Shown: positions 39,988-52,632, counted from the first letter of the stretch. The stretch is 64,000 nucleotides of DNA from an uncultured Acidobacteriota bacterium (GCA_963796275.1 CAWCKY010000001.1:32001-96000); one strand, 5' to 3'. Numbers and translations: made by a program. The notes: generated by a model not told the origin, from the sequence alone.

Positions 39988-40445
39988 GTAAGCTCGCAAG
40001 CGTTCGAAGTTCAACCGAGTAACGATAGAAGAATACATGTCATACATCGAGGGGACCTGGATATCTATTTGGTGAATGAGCGGCTTGAATTGCTCTATCA
40101 CAGAAAGGCATTGCCTATCGAGATTGCGGCATGGAAAGATTCTCTGTTTGATGGGCAGGACTGGCTTATATTTTTGAGTCCGGATGCAGTTCACGACGAT
40201 CCGGATGCGGCCGACGATCAGGCCCGTCTTTGGCTGCGACTCGATGAATCCTCAATAATCCACGGAACGCGGCTCGATTGCGGGACACGTTTATGGCAGG
40301 CATTAGAGAAGCACAAGCGCGTTCGACATATAAACACCTACCGCTACAAGACTACATCGCACATATCAAGAACGGATACAGCCGAGGGATCAGGAATACT
40401 CTGAGCGGCATGGGCAGAAGGAGAGGTTAGCATGGCTATAAGACA
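39988..40445 (+). pseudogene. Degenerate copy of the 6992-7735 gene and the start of its partner
   Basis: Colinear with 7293-7750, with frameshifts. Confidence 0.9.
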
Positions 40446-40775
40446 CGGTGAATTCTGGAGCGCAGGTAATCCTGCGCCAAACATCACCGCCTTCTCCGCA
40501 TGCGCCCAGACACAGTTCCGTAGTTGTTTCTTGGCGTCCACAAGCAGGCTCGGGGTGGATCAATGGAAGTCAGGCGTATGATAATGCCGTTTTACGTTCG
40601 CGCCCGATTTACCGCTTCCACCACGCACATCAGCCCGCGAACCTAAAACAATTATCAGATGAGAGCTTTCCGATTCCCCTTAGCTTGTGGGTGCCTGCAC
40701 TAAGAGAAAGATTGGGGCCTTCGCTGCTTCCGAGTCTATCCTACTCCCATTGGACTTTAGTACCAACATTCATAA

Positions 40776-41243
40776 TTAGTCACATGCCATTGTGAGTCTC
40801 GCTGCTCCACAGTCACCCATAACTGCCCTTCCGTATTGCCAGTTCTTGCGCTTGACTGAGTAGCGCATCTTAATTTTCTGAGGTTGATCTTCGCGGTCTT
40901 TCAGATTCCAATTCAACAGAGCGTTATCTCTTTCCTGTTCGCATATGTATTGACGATATTCTGAATCAATGGCCAATCCAGCTATTGCCTGTTCGCACTG
41001 GCCGGTTTTCATCAGCTCTAGAAAACCTTCGGCACACTTCTCAGAGTGCCGTTCGCGGAACGGGTTAAAAATAGACACAACAGGGCGGTCACTGGTGACT
41101 CGTGCCTTAACAAATCTGTATAACACAGATTTTGAACGCATAAAGTATAGGGCAATGATGATCGCTATCACTACTACAGTGGCAAGCACTAACACTCTGT
41201 GCATCCACCTCCTCTCAGTAAAGCTCGCTCTCAGCATATGCAC
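40776..41243 (-). CDS. Membrane-anchored hypothetical protein, candidate immunity gene
   Basis: N-terminal TM segment; directly follows the toxin-like fragment; C-terminus possibly frameshifted. Confidence 0.5.
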   Translation of the reverse strand: MHMLRASFTERRWMHRVLVLATVVVIAIIIALYFMRSKSVLYRFVKARVTSDRPVVSIFNPFRERHSEKCAEGFLELMKTGQCEQAIAGLAIDSEYRQYICEQERDNALLNWNLKDREDQPQKIKMRYSVKRKNWQYGRAVMGDCGAARLTMACD

Positions 41244-41815
41244 CTCTCACCTCTCGGTCTAGTTGTTGGTGTTGGTTTTGGTGCTGGATTGCGACGCACC
41301 ATCGGATAGACGCGACCGTTACCCGTGATATGTCTAAGGTACCCCCCGTTTTCCCATCCATCAGCCGCTATTAGATAGAGAGAGCCAGTAGCATTTGGGC
41401 CTTCACGTTTCCTGGGATTTGACGAAAAATAAGCGTACCGGTCATAGCCGTAGGCAGAAACACCCTGTGCATTGGCAAAATTCTGACAGAAATTTTGCGC
41501 AGTGTTACATCCATAGAATTTAGCTTCTGCACTTCCTGACCAGTTCACCTTCAATGTTGCCAACTCACTTTTAGTGAACTGCGCTGCTCTACCACTTGTG
41601 TCGTGAAATACAGGTCCGTCACCCACTCCAGAATGAGAGAAGAGGGAGACTTGCCCGACCTTTCCATAAGTTTTCTCCAGTAGACCGGCATCCTTCAATA
41701 GATCCTTGAAATCATCCTTTGTTTTTACACCTCTTAGCAAAACTGTGTCCTTCTTTGGATCAAATCCTTTCATCTTCTGGATTTCTTGCGCTCTGGTCTC
41801 TGCCGCACGTCGCAG
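41231..41815 (-). pseudogene. Orphan RHS-type C-terminal domain fragment
   Basis: SLFSHSG...FYGCNTA His/Cys motifs resemble RHS tips; no native start. Confidence 0.5.
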
Positions 41816-41825
41816 TTCATCATCT

Positions 41826-42070
41826 GCGAGGGGATCATCGGATTGACGCGAGCCTTCCAATACGCCGGAGCGAAAAGCGTGATTGTCAGTCTATGGTCAG
41901 TAAGTGATGAGAGCACGGCGGCGCTGATGTCGGGATTTTACCGGGAGTTGCGACGGGGAGCGAGTAAGGATATAGCGTTGCAGAAGGCGATGGTGAAGGT
42001 GCGTAGCAATCCGAAATGGGCGCACCCATACTATTGGTCTGCCTTCATACTTTCGGGGAATTGGAAATAG
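41826..42070 (+). pseudogene. CHAT (caspase-like) domain C-terminal fragment
   Basis: EGIIGLTRAFQYAGAKSVIVSLWSVSD..HPYYWSAFILSG. Confidence 0.9.
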
Positions 42071-43504
42071 AGGCATTCCGCTGTTCTCACATACGCCTGG
42101 GCATCAAATGCGGTTTACTAGTCTTCATTCCTCTCCTCATCTATTAACCATTGCAACACGTTCCGGGCCTTAAGTGCACTGGCAGTTCGGTCAAAACGCC
42201 CATCTGGGGGAGGGAATTGGTAGCCTCGATGTCCTCCGCCCCCAGATGGGTGGGGATCAATACCTGGGCCCTGGGTGCCTGATCGCATCAAGGAAACGAG
42301 GCACTGCGAGCGCAATTGCATCTGAGTCTTTACCCCACTGAACTGAGGTAAGGTGAATGATATTCACGGTGCTCAGGTTTGGCGCTTGCGTGAGACGTGG
42401 GCCTCGTGATCCAATCATACTCTGACTACATTCAAGAAAAGCAGGAATCGAAAGGTTCCCGCACTTTTTGCTCGTTAGACTGCCCCCAATTACCCATTCA
42501 AACAAAACGCGCAGATAGTGAGCATAGAGTGTCTGTAGATTCGATGGTTCCAATCACAAACACCACTGCACATGTTAGAATAAAGTGCTTTTGTTTGGTT
42601 GCAAGCGAATCGTTGCACGGGCCTATCCTTTGGAATGAAGGGTGCATCACTGTGTACCTGATCAAATTTGGCTCGGTACCTCAGTTTGGGAGATGTCGAG
42701 AGAGTTCAGCGGCGCTTGAGCAATCCATCAATAACACAATATCGGCATCGTCTCCACCGACCGCGGCGAGTATATATCTCCCGTCTGAGGACCAGGACAC
42801 CCGACAAACGATGAATATAGTCATATGACTTTCATCAAGCAAAAGTATCGATCATTATGTGATCCGAGTAACCGAAAGAGCCTGTCAGGCAGCCTTATAT
42901 TTACTGGTTATATTCTCAGGTTATTGGTTATGGCGCCGCGTGCACACCGGTTCGTCGCACGACGTTCGATGAATGCGGCTGGCACATTACTTCCATAGCT
43001 GGAGACCAGGAGTCCGGTATCTCAATATAAATAGCGTACGCCTGCGCGGAAGTAGCACACCAGCGGAGCAGCAAACAGGATGGTCGTTGAATGGGCCCTC
43101 CGCTCATCTCAAGCGAACGTCTCTCAACGACCACCTGTGCCTGGCTGAGGGCGCCTGCTCATAACCCTCACTTGCGTCGTTGGCACAGCTATCCCGGTTG
43201 TTGGACAGCTCCGGGTGGGCTTGCCGGATCGATATGCGTGTCAATCTTTCGTTTTTCGTTTAGGAACACCCAAGCTTGACCTAGGTGTGGCTCAGTTCTC
43301 ACTGAAGCATTGCTTGCTAATTACAAGATGAATGGATTGATGTGAATCGTCGTATGATGTTTCAATGGGTTGCTACCTCAAACGCCCTCAGCTCCCCACC
43401 ACGATTTAAGTTCCGTAGCGGATTTGTGCTGATTGGCGACGGCAGATGACTGAGCCAACGGCTGAATGATGCCGTCACTATTCGGAGTGGTCTCACGGGC
43501 ACAC

Positions 43505-43918
43505 CTACCGAGTTTTATACACTATGACCACGTTATCAATAATGAAGTCGTCGATGGGGCCACCACCTCCGCCGCTTGCATTGCGAGATTCGACGTGCAG
43601 TACGTTATTTGCCGGGTTCAACTGATGACGAGATTCGATAAGCAGGATGTTGCCATTCCAGGTATCTCTGCTCGGGCTCACGGGTAACCCGCCAAAAATA
43701 TCGACTCCATTGACCCTGAAGATATTTCTTGAGTGGTCAACATCACGCGATTGAAACATCAGGAAGGCAGTTTCGCCAGGATTCACATTTGGGCAATTGA
43801 ACGAGAAGTCCTTTGTCGGTCCCACAAATGGAACATTAGGCTCAATATCGTTAAAGCCACCTGGGTCGTTGCCGAACTGTTGTCTTTGAAAAAGAATCAC
43901 AGTGAAATCTGTTGCCAT
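43505..43918 (-). CDS. Hypothetical beta-rich protein
   Basis: AGGAG RBS; ends in IDDFIIDNVVIVYK. Confidence 0.7.
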   Translation of the reverse strand: MATDFTVILFQRQQFGNDPGGFNDIEPNVPFVGPTKDFSFNCPNVNPGETAFLMFQSRDVDHSRNIFRVNGVDIFGGLPVSPSRDTWNGNILLIESRHQLNPANNVLHVESRNASGGGGGPIDDFIIDNVVIVYKTR

Positions 43919-44689
43919 ATAAATTCTCCTTATGGTGGTTAAGGACGCATTAACGAAACGGTTTTTCCATCGCCGCGTCCGTATTGGCTATAGCCGCCGA
44001 TGGTGATAGATCGCCCGACTCACAAGTCTGAGCCTTGCAATGGGGGGTCGTTTAGCAAAAGGACAGAAACCAACGCCTTCTGACCCTGAGGTTCTTATGC
44101 CCTTTTCCGTTCTCTGATCAATCATTTTTGTCGTTGTTGTTCCCGAACCGGCAGGCAAATTACTCAGCCGCCCGCAGACAGGAATTTACTCCACAGGTCG
44201 AATTCACTTATTGAATTCAACAAGGTAAGTTGCCGAATCCCCTGGCATATAGCCACACGTCATAAATATTTTTTGGGCGATCAATACACTGCTCTCGACA
44301 ACTGGCAGGGAGGATTTTCTATGTCATTCACATTACGCCTATCGCTCGGGTTTCTAGCTTTGAGCCTTACTTTCATCAGCATTACCCCAGTGCAGTCTCA
44401 ATCGATACCTCCCGCTGCAGCGGCGCAACGTTCAGCCGATGAAGCCGCTTCGATCGCTGGCTGAAGCCTTTTTCTACACCTGGATGACAAAAGACCTTAA
44501 CTGCTGTTGCTCGATCTTTCACGCGCTCCGCATCAGAAATCACGCAAGGTCTTCTTCGGCTCAATTCACCCCGTGCTCGACTTGTTAACCTCCTGATCAG
44601 CCGGTGAGCGTTATCATCGATCACCGCCTCACTGAGCGTTACTTGTGCTATCGACTCTTACGGCGCAATATCGACGATGCCTGAGGTCC

Positions 44690-45670
44690 TTCAGCGATTG
44701 AACGTCACCTGCTTGCCGCCGAGAAATGACGCTTGGTGGACTCCCGGTTTAAGGAAGATGAAATCCCCCGGCCGAGCGACCCCAACAGCTTTGGTTACCT
44801 CGCTGAAGAACTGTATGTGCAACTGGCGTTGGAGTTGCTGGCCAGCGGATCGACATAGCGCGCCCCGCTAGTAATCAGGTTCTTTCGAATGTTGGAGTTG
44901 CGCAGCACCTGTAAGGCCTTACTGACCTGATTGGCGGTGAACTGATCGCGACAGGTATAATTTGAGTAAGACATCAGGTTCTTTGTCGGTGGATTGTAAG
45001 CTGTCTGATTACAGTTTCCTGCGAGCGCGGCTGAGTTGTCATACATGCAATTGGCTACCCGACTCCTTGGAGGAGTGAATGAAAAATCAATCAGGCCAGG
45101 ATCAGCCGCAGTATCACATAACCGGTCGCCGACGGTAGAGCAATTGTTTCCACTCGGACATTCGGTACCAAAGAAAGTCTCGTGGGTATGAAAGAGGTCA
45201 AAGTAATGTCCGATCTCGTGAGCAAATGTAGATGGATCAGTCGCGCGCACGGCGCAGTTGATATCCACGAGCATCCCCTGGATAGAGGTGTTCGTAAAAG
45301 ATGACTCGCCGCACATATCCACTAGATTGGTGAAATAAACATTAATTGTATTCGCTACAACATTGACTTGCCGTAGCCGTCACGTCTGGGACGATAAAGT
45401 GAGTATCGTCGTTAATAAAATCAATCCCTCTGTAAATGAAGAACTGCATACCGACCGGCTGCCACATTTGGTTCAGGTCTCGCATCGCTATGTCGTATTG
45501 GCCGAGTGTGAAGCCGCCCGTGCCATTGCTGCGCCGCACGATGTGAATCGTCAACGGCACATAGTAAGGGGCATCTGTCGGAGGATCCACATCTGGCGCA
45601 GCGACGGCTTCACGATCCAGCTCCGATCTAAGTTGCCCTGGCGGGATGACCGTCCCGCACTCTCTTTTCT
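44690..45670 (-). pseudogene. M43/pappalysin-like zinc metalloprotease, truncated and frameshifted
   Basis: VPLTIHIVR, AHEIGHYFDLFHTH, NLMSY, FTANQ. Confidence 0.85.
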
Positions 45671-45714
45671 TAATTAACGGTGTCTTCTCCTGGGTCTGCG
45701 ATGCTTGACGCCGC

Positions 45715-45944
45715 CCGTGCCGCTGATCGCGCCGGCGACGGTGGTCAGCCAGTGGGAAGTGGAATCGGCCAGCACGCGCGACCTGATGCTCGGTTTTCAT
45801 CGGCAACTGCAAGCGCCGCGCGTCGCGAGCAAACTGACGAAGGCCGAAAGCTTGCGGCGTGCGGCCTTGAAGCTGATGAAGAATCCCGAGACCAATCATC
45901 CGTTCTACTGGGCGGGATTTGTGTTAGTGGGCGATGGCAGGTAA
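45715..45944 (+). pseudogene. CHAT domain C-terminal fragment
   Basis: TVVSQWEVES..KAESLRRAAL..HPFYWAGFVLVG. Confidence 0.9.
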
Positions 45945-45963
45945 TTCAACCGGCGTTAAAAAT

Positions 45964-47317
45964 TTAGCGGCGCATCGCCGATAGACTTTCTAGCAGGCGG
46001 CGAGAAATCCTTGAATTCGGATTGAGTTCATACAGCATGCGGAATTCCCGCTCAGCATCATCGAGCAGCCCGGACTTCGTATAAATCAGCGCCATCGTCA
46101 GATGCGAGGCGGCGTGATCGCGCCGCGCTTGAACTACTTCATTCGCCAGGGTCTCATCGAGAATACGGAATTTTGCCAGCGGCGCGGGCGGACGCGGAGA
46201 GCTGAATTCTTCTCCGCCTCTGATGGCTGTTACTTGCCAGGAATAGATTGCGCCACGTTTGAGGGATTGTGGCGTCGTCCACGAAGTATCTTTGAGCTGC
46301 GAACTGGTGGTTACCTGACTGAGCTTATCGTCGTAAACTTCAACGACGTAGCCTGTCGCGCCATCCAACGGCGACCAGCGGAATGTCGGGCGATCAGAGA
46401 AAATAACTATTCCAATCGGGTTGATCACTGAAAACTTGTTTCCCTGGTTGTCGCCACCTCTCATCAATAAATCATCAGGGCGGACCAACCCTGCCAGAAG
46501 CTGTGGTTTTTCGAGCAACTGAGAGCTGAGCGCATTCCTGATCATTTGCTGGTAAGCAGGAGGCAGGTGATCGACACCCGACAGCTTACCGTTTCCATCC
46601 AACGCCATCTGTCCGGCGCCGTCATTGAGCTGAGCGATGACCGCAGAGCCTCCTTGCGTCGGATTGGGCGAAACAACCGGTGTGGTTGGCGAGGGAGTCG
46701 TTTGCCCAATCTTCGGGTCCTTCCCGAAGTGTAGTGTAGTGTCCCAAATCATCAAGCCAACGGCAATCATTAAGAGCGCCGCCAGAGCGGACCCGGCGAC
46801 CAGCGCTGGAGACCTCGATAAAATAAATTGCGGACCTGCCAGGGAAGATTCGACCGGCGCGGGAGACCTCGGTATAGGAGATTGCGCAGCCGCGACAGAT
46901 CGGCGCAAAGGGGGTTCCTTCTACATGAGGCGGATGATATTCGCGATCCAGCCCGGGCATAACCCGGTTTCTGAAAGCGCGCAAGTCATCCACCGCCATC
47001 GCGCACTGCTCGCAACCGGTTAAATGATCCTTGACGAGCTGGAGTTCCTCTCCCGACAGAGCTTCATCAACATATGCAGCCGTCAGCTCAAAAGTCAGAT
47101 GCACATGCTCCGAGGACGAAGAAACCGTCTCCGCCGAAGCGCTAAACACTTCTGATTTCAGCGCATAAAACACCCCATCATCACCCAACACCCGTTCGAC
47201 CTTTAGGCGACATGCTTCGCAATCTCGCAAGTGTCTGGATGCGGACAGGAATTCTGCGGCCGAAACCGTTTGACGACCGTAGTCTTCAATCTGGGTTTTA
47301 GTAAGATGTTCAGACAA
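45964..47317 (-). pseudogene. Anti-sigma-like protein (two HxxxCxxC zf-HC2 motifs, TM, extracellular Ig/Fn3-like region), frameshifted near 46920
   Basis: HLRDCEAC and HLTGCEQC in 46622-47317; TM and PTFRW..YSWQV in 45964-46908. Confidence 0.8.
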
Positions 47318-47432
47318 GTCTCTTCACCCCACCATTAAGGAGCAGCGCCAGGGATAATGTTGTCCTTATAATAGCGTAAGTTATTCATAATAGTGTAAGT
47401 TACTCAAACTCGTCGAATATAGGCGTGGCATA

Positions 47433-48518
47433 TCAAAGAAACCCTTTTAACCGCCGTTCCAATCGTCTACGCGCCGATTGGCGCGCACTGATGACCTGTT
47501 GCCGCGTCTGTTGCAACAGTTCGGCGATCTTCGAGTCGTCAAGAGGCAATTCGCTCCACAACTCAGCCAGTTGTTCCTCGCTCATCTCCAGCGCCTCGGC
47601 CAATTGGTCAATAGACGCTATTCCTGTCGCCGGAAACAGCGCGATGCAACCCCGGTTTTTCTGGTCTCTCAGATTAAGCAGAAACGCCACACGCTGGTGT
47701 AGAGGAAGCAGTCGCAATTCCTCCCAGAGCCGTTGCAGGAAGATGCGTTGTTCCAAGCGCGAGGAGACATCGGCTTCCTGGCCCGCCAACTCAACCCTGG
47801 TGTCAGCTGAATCCTCATCAATTGACTCAATCCTCCTGTCCGAGATTTGCAACAACTCTGCTACAGTCTTTACCAATTCATCAAACTCAACCGGACCGCC
47901 AGCGTGATTGAAGATTGTCGCTAGCGCCTCCTTGAGGTCGGCTGAATCTTCGCCACCTCCGAGCGAATTGATAAGCTGTTCATTTTTAAGCAGTTGCTTG
48001 AGATCGGCCGCCTTGATAGAAGGCCTTTGTCCCTTCCAAGCCGCATACCCGGCGACCAGTTTCTTCGCTTCATCCTTATCTTCGTGCCAGAGCGCAAAAC
48101 CCGCCTGACGAGTCAGCAGGTATTCAATCTGATTTCTGAGCGCGTGTAGCCGAGGAAATTGACGGCGCATCCATCGAGCGCAGAGACGGTAAGTAATTGT
48201 GGCCGTAAGCCCGCGCACATCTCTGATAGGATGCGTCTCGATATCAGAGCGGAGTTTTTGTAATTCGACCAGCAGTTGCGCGATCGCTTCCAGCCGCAGG
48301 TCTTCTGCTTCCGCCTCCACACCGCCTCGGTTGAGATTGTGGCGCAGCTTATATCGAATAATCCCATTGATGACTGGCTCAGCGTATACGGTAATGAGTT
48401 GTGATAGAAACACGTCTATTTCTTCGCCACCACTCATCAGAACCAGTGGTTCGAGCAACCTGTCAATTTGTGGCGATGATTCATTCATTACAGACACACA
48501 ATATGAAAAAAAGAACAA
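47433..48518 (-). CDS. Atypical long ECF-like sigma factor
   Basis: AEDLRLEAI region 2 and IAELLQQTRQQVISARQSAR region 4; lies upstream of the anti-sigma gene. Confidence 0.75.
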   Translation of the reverse strand: MFFFSYCVSVMNESSPQIDRLLEPLVLMSGGEEIDVFLSQLITVYAEPVINGIIRYKLRHNLNRGGVEAEAEDLRLEAIAQLLVELQKLRSDIETHPIRDVRGLTATITYRLCARWMRRQFPRLHALRNQIEYLLTRQAGFALWHEDKDEAKKLVAGYAAWKGQRPSIKAADLKQLLKNEQLINSLGGGEDSADLKEALATIFNHAGGPVEFDELVKTVAELLQISDRRIESIDEDSADTRVELAGQEADVSSRLEQRIFLQRLWEELRLLPLHQRVAFLLNLRDQKNRGCIALFPATGIASIDQLAEALEMSEEQLAELWSELPLDDSKIAELLQQTRQQVISARQSARRRLERRLKGFL

Positions 48519-49202
48519 TGCAGAGCCGCCGCGATGATAAGCCCTGACTCGATAACACGAAAGTCTTGCAGCGTGTGATTTGATTTGATCACGTCAGATT
48601 TTGTGGTTCCAGCGGAAACTCTAAGGAAAGCGGCCTTCGAGACTTACAAGTTGGGCGCTGAGTCGTGCGCTGAAGCGAGCTTGGATGTCGACTCGAGAAC
48701 GCCGCCCCATGTCTTGCACCGAGCAGGGCCGCTTTCAGTCACCCCCTATCCACATCAAGCCGCCGCGCATCTATTTCATTAGCCGTGTCGGAGAACATCT
48801 TGTTAGTAATCTGATTAAGAGAACGGCGAAACGCACCAACGCGCTTGCCCTTGGGGAGCGATATGTACAGATCAGCTAACTTGTGGTCACCATGGAAGAA
48901 TTCCTTTTTCGAGTCCGCCGTGCGCGCATGTTGATGTCAATCAACACTCTCGACAAAAGCTTGAGTTCGGCCATCAGGGCAGCCGTCTTATACGCCCCGC
49001 TCAAAGCGGGTGGTGTCACATCGTCCTTTCATACCACGATTGAATTCTTCTATTGTCAGCATCCGTTTTTACCTCGTGTCGTAGAATATCGGAGGTTGTG
49101 GCTTTCTGAGGGGGGAGATTTCCAAGAATTTTCCCGATAAGTCACACGCCCCTATTTGTGAGGTGTCCTAGAATGAATGGGTGAGAAAGGCATGGAGGAG
49201 AG

Positions 49203-50873
49203 ATGGTCACTGTGGAGGTCATCCGAGACGAGGTAATCCAGGAAATCTTCGGCCTCGCATTCTTCACCCACCGAGACAGAGAGGTGGCGATAGAGGTCGT
49301 CGTTGATACACTTGTGCGAATCCCACTCGTTCGTGACATCCAGGATGAACGCCCAAAGGCAAAGATAATGCAGCCCTATAAGCTGAGAATACCCGAGGAT
49401 TTGCTTCCGCGGTTTTGCCTCTATTTGGCTTCAGACCTTTGGGAACGAGACCAGGAGAAAGCGGAGCCGAACAAAAAGCCTGTCTACCGACCGGATGATG
49501 CAGATTACTTGATCCGCTATATCAAATTCCTCGTTTGGCAAACGATGGACCGGCATTCTCGTTATGTTGCGGTGGCGCTCGGCTGCCTTCTTCACAACTA
49601 CGGGCCAACCCAAATCAGCGAGCTATCCCCGGCATTCTTCAATGGCAACAATATCCGAAATACAAAGAAATGGCTCACTGACCGTATCCGCGCTCGGTTT
49701 AATGGGATGAACATTGTCAATCCGGACAATGCACAGATAATCAATCGCCTGCCTATTGATGGTGAACGTATTCTTGTGCAGCAGTCGTTGGAATTGTTCA
49801 GCGACAATAACCATATTCAACCTCAGACTTTTATTTTGGACACGGTATTTGCAGAGGGATCATCACATACTGAGAGAGAACGAATCCATGTCGTGGCTTG
49901 CCCAGTTTGTGGCGGTTTGTCTAAATTGATTCGGGAATGGAACGATCTTTTTGAGACAACAAGCTGCTGCAGGTTGGCTGATCCCGAAACGAAGCTGCGT
50001 GTTCCTACCTTTACAGATGCGCCGACTGACCCAACAGACCGCTTGTATCCGCACCCTCTCAGCGACCTTGAATTATCCGGGATCAGGTTGAAGCTCTATA
50101 AAGAATTATTTCGCAGAAAATTAGCTCGCCCAAGCCGTCTCCGCTTGTGCGTGGACGGGGAAGAGTATTTGGAGTGGCAGCTAGACGCCTGGTCTGCTGG
50201 CCAGTCATGTACTATTCCCTCAACTGCTACTTATATCGAAATATTCGGGGATGATGCGCAGGGAGATGCCCTGCTGGCCGTATTTCCTTTATCGGGCTCA
50301 GATACAACAGAAGATGAAGCCTCCCATTGGTCTGTGACAACGGAGTGCGGGCTGAAGATTGAACTGATGATCTCGACAGTTGACGGCGGAAAGAGTGAAC
50401 AAATTGAAGCATCAATTCAGGTGGGAATCGTTCGAGTTGCGCTCTCTCTTCCCGACGTGCTCGTCGATTTTCGGCTGATACAGCATCGCACTATCGACGA
50501 TTTTAACGTCTACGAGAGAGGCTTCTACGAGCGGTTGCTGTATATGATGTTTTGTTGCACGGAGGTCCATGGATCAAAGGACGAAAGTGCGGAGCGCCAT
50601 TTAATTGAACAATCGATTACTGATATTCAGATAGCTATACTTTCGTACATAGATGAGTTGATCGATGGTCTTACGGATTCCATTAACCAGGTCGACTCAC
50701 CAGGCATAGAGGTTTTGACTTTTCCTGGGAGACCGCCGCCCAAGGTAGAAGGGCACTGGCCCCGCGTCACGATGGGCGCGGAGTTTGGTGAACGGGAGTG
50801 GTCGGTGCCCGATCTTGTTCTCCCAGGTGAGGGTGCAGGTGACAACAATCCCGCTGGAGCGCCATCGGCTTAG
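49203..50873 (+). CDS. Hypothetical 556-aa protein, N-terminus possibly sigma-derived
   Basis: GGAGG RBS; long ORF; HVVACPVC motif; followed by a hairpin at 50900-50928. Confidence 0.7.
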   Translation: MVTVEVIRDEVIQEIFGLAFFTHRDREVAIEVVVDTLVRIPLVRDIQDERPKAKIMQPYKLRIPEDLLPRFCLYLASDLWERDQEKAEPNKKPVYRPDDADYLIRYIKFLVWQTMDRHSRYVAVALGCLLHNYGPTQISELSPAFFNGNNIRNTKKWLTDRIRARFNGMNIVNPDNAQIINRLPIDGERILVQQSLELFSDNNHIQPQTFILDTVFAEGSSHTERERIHVVACPVCGGLSKLIREWNDLFETTSCCRLADPETKLRVPTFTDAPTDPTDRLYPHPLSDLELSGIRLKLYKELFRRKLARPSRLRLCVDGEEYLEWQLDAWSAGQSCTIPSTATYIEIFGDDAQGDALLAVFPLSGSDTTEDEASHWSVTTECGLKIELMISTVDGGKSEQIEASIQVGIVRVALSLPDVLVDFRLIQHRTIDDFNVYERGFYERLLYMMFCCTEVHGSKDESAERHLIEQSITDIQIAILSYIDELIDGLTDSINQVDSPGIEVLTFPGRPPPKVEGHWPRVTMGAEFGEREWSVPDLVLPGEGAGDNNPAGAPSA

Positions 50874-51088
50874 CAGGATTTCCTCAGCCAAGGGTATTGA
50901 GCGGTAGAGAGATCATCTCTCTACCGCTTGTTTGGAGTTACTGTAGCTCAAGAGTCTCGTCATTCATTCCCGGCACGAGAAGCGCCGATCTTTGGCCCCA
51001 AACTTTGTCTCATCGTTTTTTGACGCTATTATAGATAGTGACACAGCTGTCTAGGCTAGATAACTTTACTCTATCAAGTACTTTGTGT

Positions 51089-51116
51089 GGGTCTGATAAT
51101 AGGCCTTATGTAACCA
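51089..51116 (+). other. XerCD dif-like site 2
   Basis: GGGTCTGATAA-TAGGCC-TTATGTAACCA. Confidence 0.75.
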
Positions 51117-51240
51117 TTGTATTATAATTAGATAGTTACAAGAGTATTGGATTGCCTTTGACGGACGCTGCTTGAGCATCATCAGCGGTATATAGGAGAT
51201 GGAGGCGGGTTTGTTCAAGGGGCTCTTTAATGGCCTCTTT

Positions 51241-51615
51241 CTAGCCCTCTTCTACACGATTCTTGCCAATATCTTTTGCTTTTCGCGCTGCCCCATCAGC
51301 AATTGTGTTCAAATCGCGCGATCGAGGGTTCGGTGGCGAGGTGGTTACTCCGATACTCGCCGTGACTTTTGGAAGCAACTGACCATTGTATTCAATCGAA
51401 ATCGACCTGACCCGCTCACACATATCCTCGGCAATCTCACGTGCCCTCAGTTGTCCCTGCCCAACAATTATTGACACGGTTTCATCTCCGCGTCCCCTAT
51501 AGGCACTGCCCAACATTTCCAATGCGTCGCGGGCGGCGACCAAATAGGCTCTCATAACCTCATCTCCAGCATCATGCCCAAAATCCTCGTTGATCTTCTT
51601 GAAGTCATCCATCTC
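51241..51615 (-). pseudogene. GGDEF domain fragment (degenerate RGDET)
   Basis: MDDFKKINEDFGHDAGDEV, VTASIGV, AKDIGKNRV. Confidence 0.8.
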
Positions 51616-52632
51616 TCCACCGGTCAAGGACCATTCCTCGCACGCTTCGACTTGCCATGCAAATCGCAAGAGAGCGTCCCGTATAAGAGCCAAATTGGAG
51701 CAAATCCTTAGGGGGAACTTGGATAAGGAGCAGACTCATCAATAAGATTTGATGGGCGCGCTGAAAATGTTGCCTGAAAAGGATCGTGAGTTCATGGCTA
51801 ATTATGTGGCCAACCAGGAGATGCGCGTGAGTATGGCAAATCGTAAGAGAGCGTCCCCGTATAAGAGCTAAATTACAGACAATTCTTTCTGAGATGGAAT
51901 CAGCTTCGGGAACACAGTGATCTTTGTTTTGCCCCACGATCTCCTTAGATCGCATCATAGTGCCATCAAGTAAGCCAGCGTCACAAAAGCAGGATTGGTA
52001 GTCAGAACTAGATGACAGGTGTCGAACTTTGATGGCACTCTTCTCTATTTAGCGCCCATACTGAACCCTCATAAATTTATTAGCTACAACGATCTTGGAT
52101 GTGGAATGAATGTTGCACTACCAATTGCGGCTGGTAGAAATCTTCAGTTTACATGAAGCCGCAGGTTTGGACGGGTAATTTGTTTAGCTTAGCCATTCAT
52201 CAGTCGTCCAATGATTCACGGATCATCATGGTGCTTCGGCGTCAACTCAGCCGGATCGTGCCCATGCAAAGAAAACCTCGTGGAACAGTACAGCATTTCA
52301 GACAAATCGCTGCGTGCCCGGCTTCTCCAGTAAAGCGGGGACCGTAATGCCTTTGAGTAGGTGAGCGGCGATGACTGCTCCCGTGAAGCACGGAGGCGGT
52401 CGCTTCCGAAGTGTTCTTGAAGTGTAAAAGCCGAGTGGCAAGCGTAACGATCGTCGCACTTGGGAGGAGTTATATGCGCAATTAATTGGTGAGAGCAAAA
52501 ATGGAACAGGCAAACCACCTGTGCAGAAGAGACATTCTTCGCAGAGTCGAACGTCTCGGCTGGTATTTCTCCAATGGTCCGGAATAAAAGACCAGTGGAA
52601 TCGTTTTCTGAATTTGAAAGGAGCAAACAGGT

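Noticed and set aside
42118-43300. Several short ORFs between the CHAT fragment and 43505
   Set aside because: No recognisable motifs or consistent RBS; cannot be supported as genes
47372-47406. Short tandem repeat ATAATAG(C/T)GTAAGTTA(T/C)TC x2
   Set aside because: Only two units; a simple local duplication with no further support
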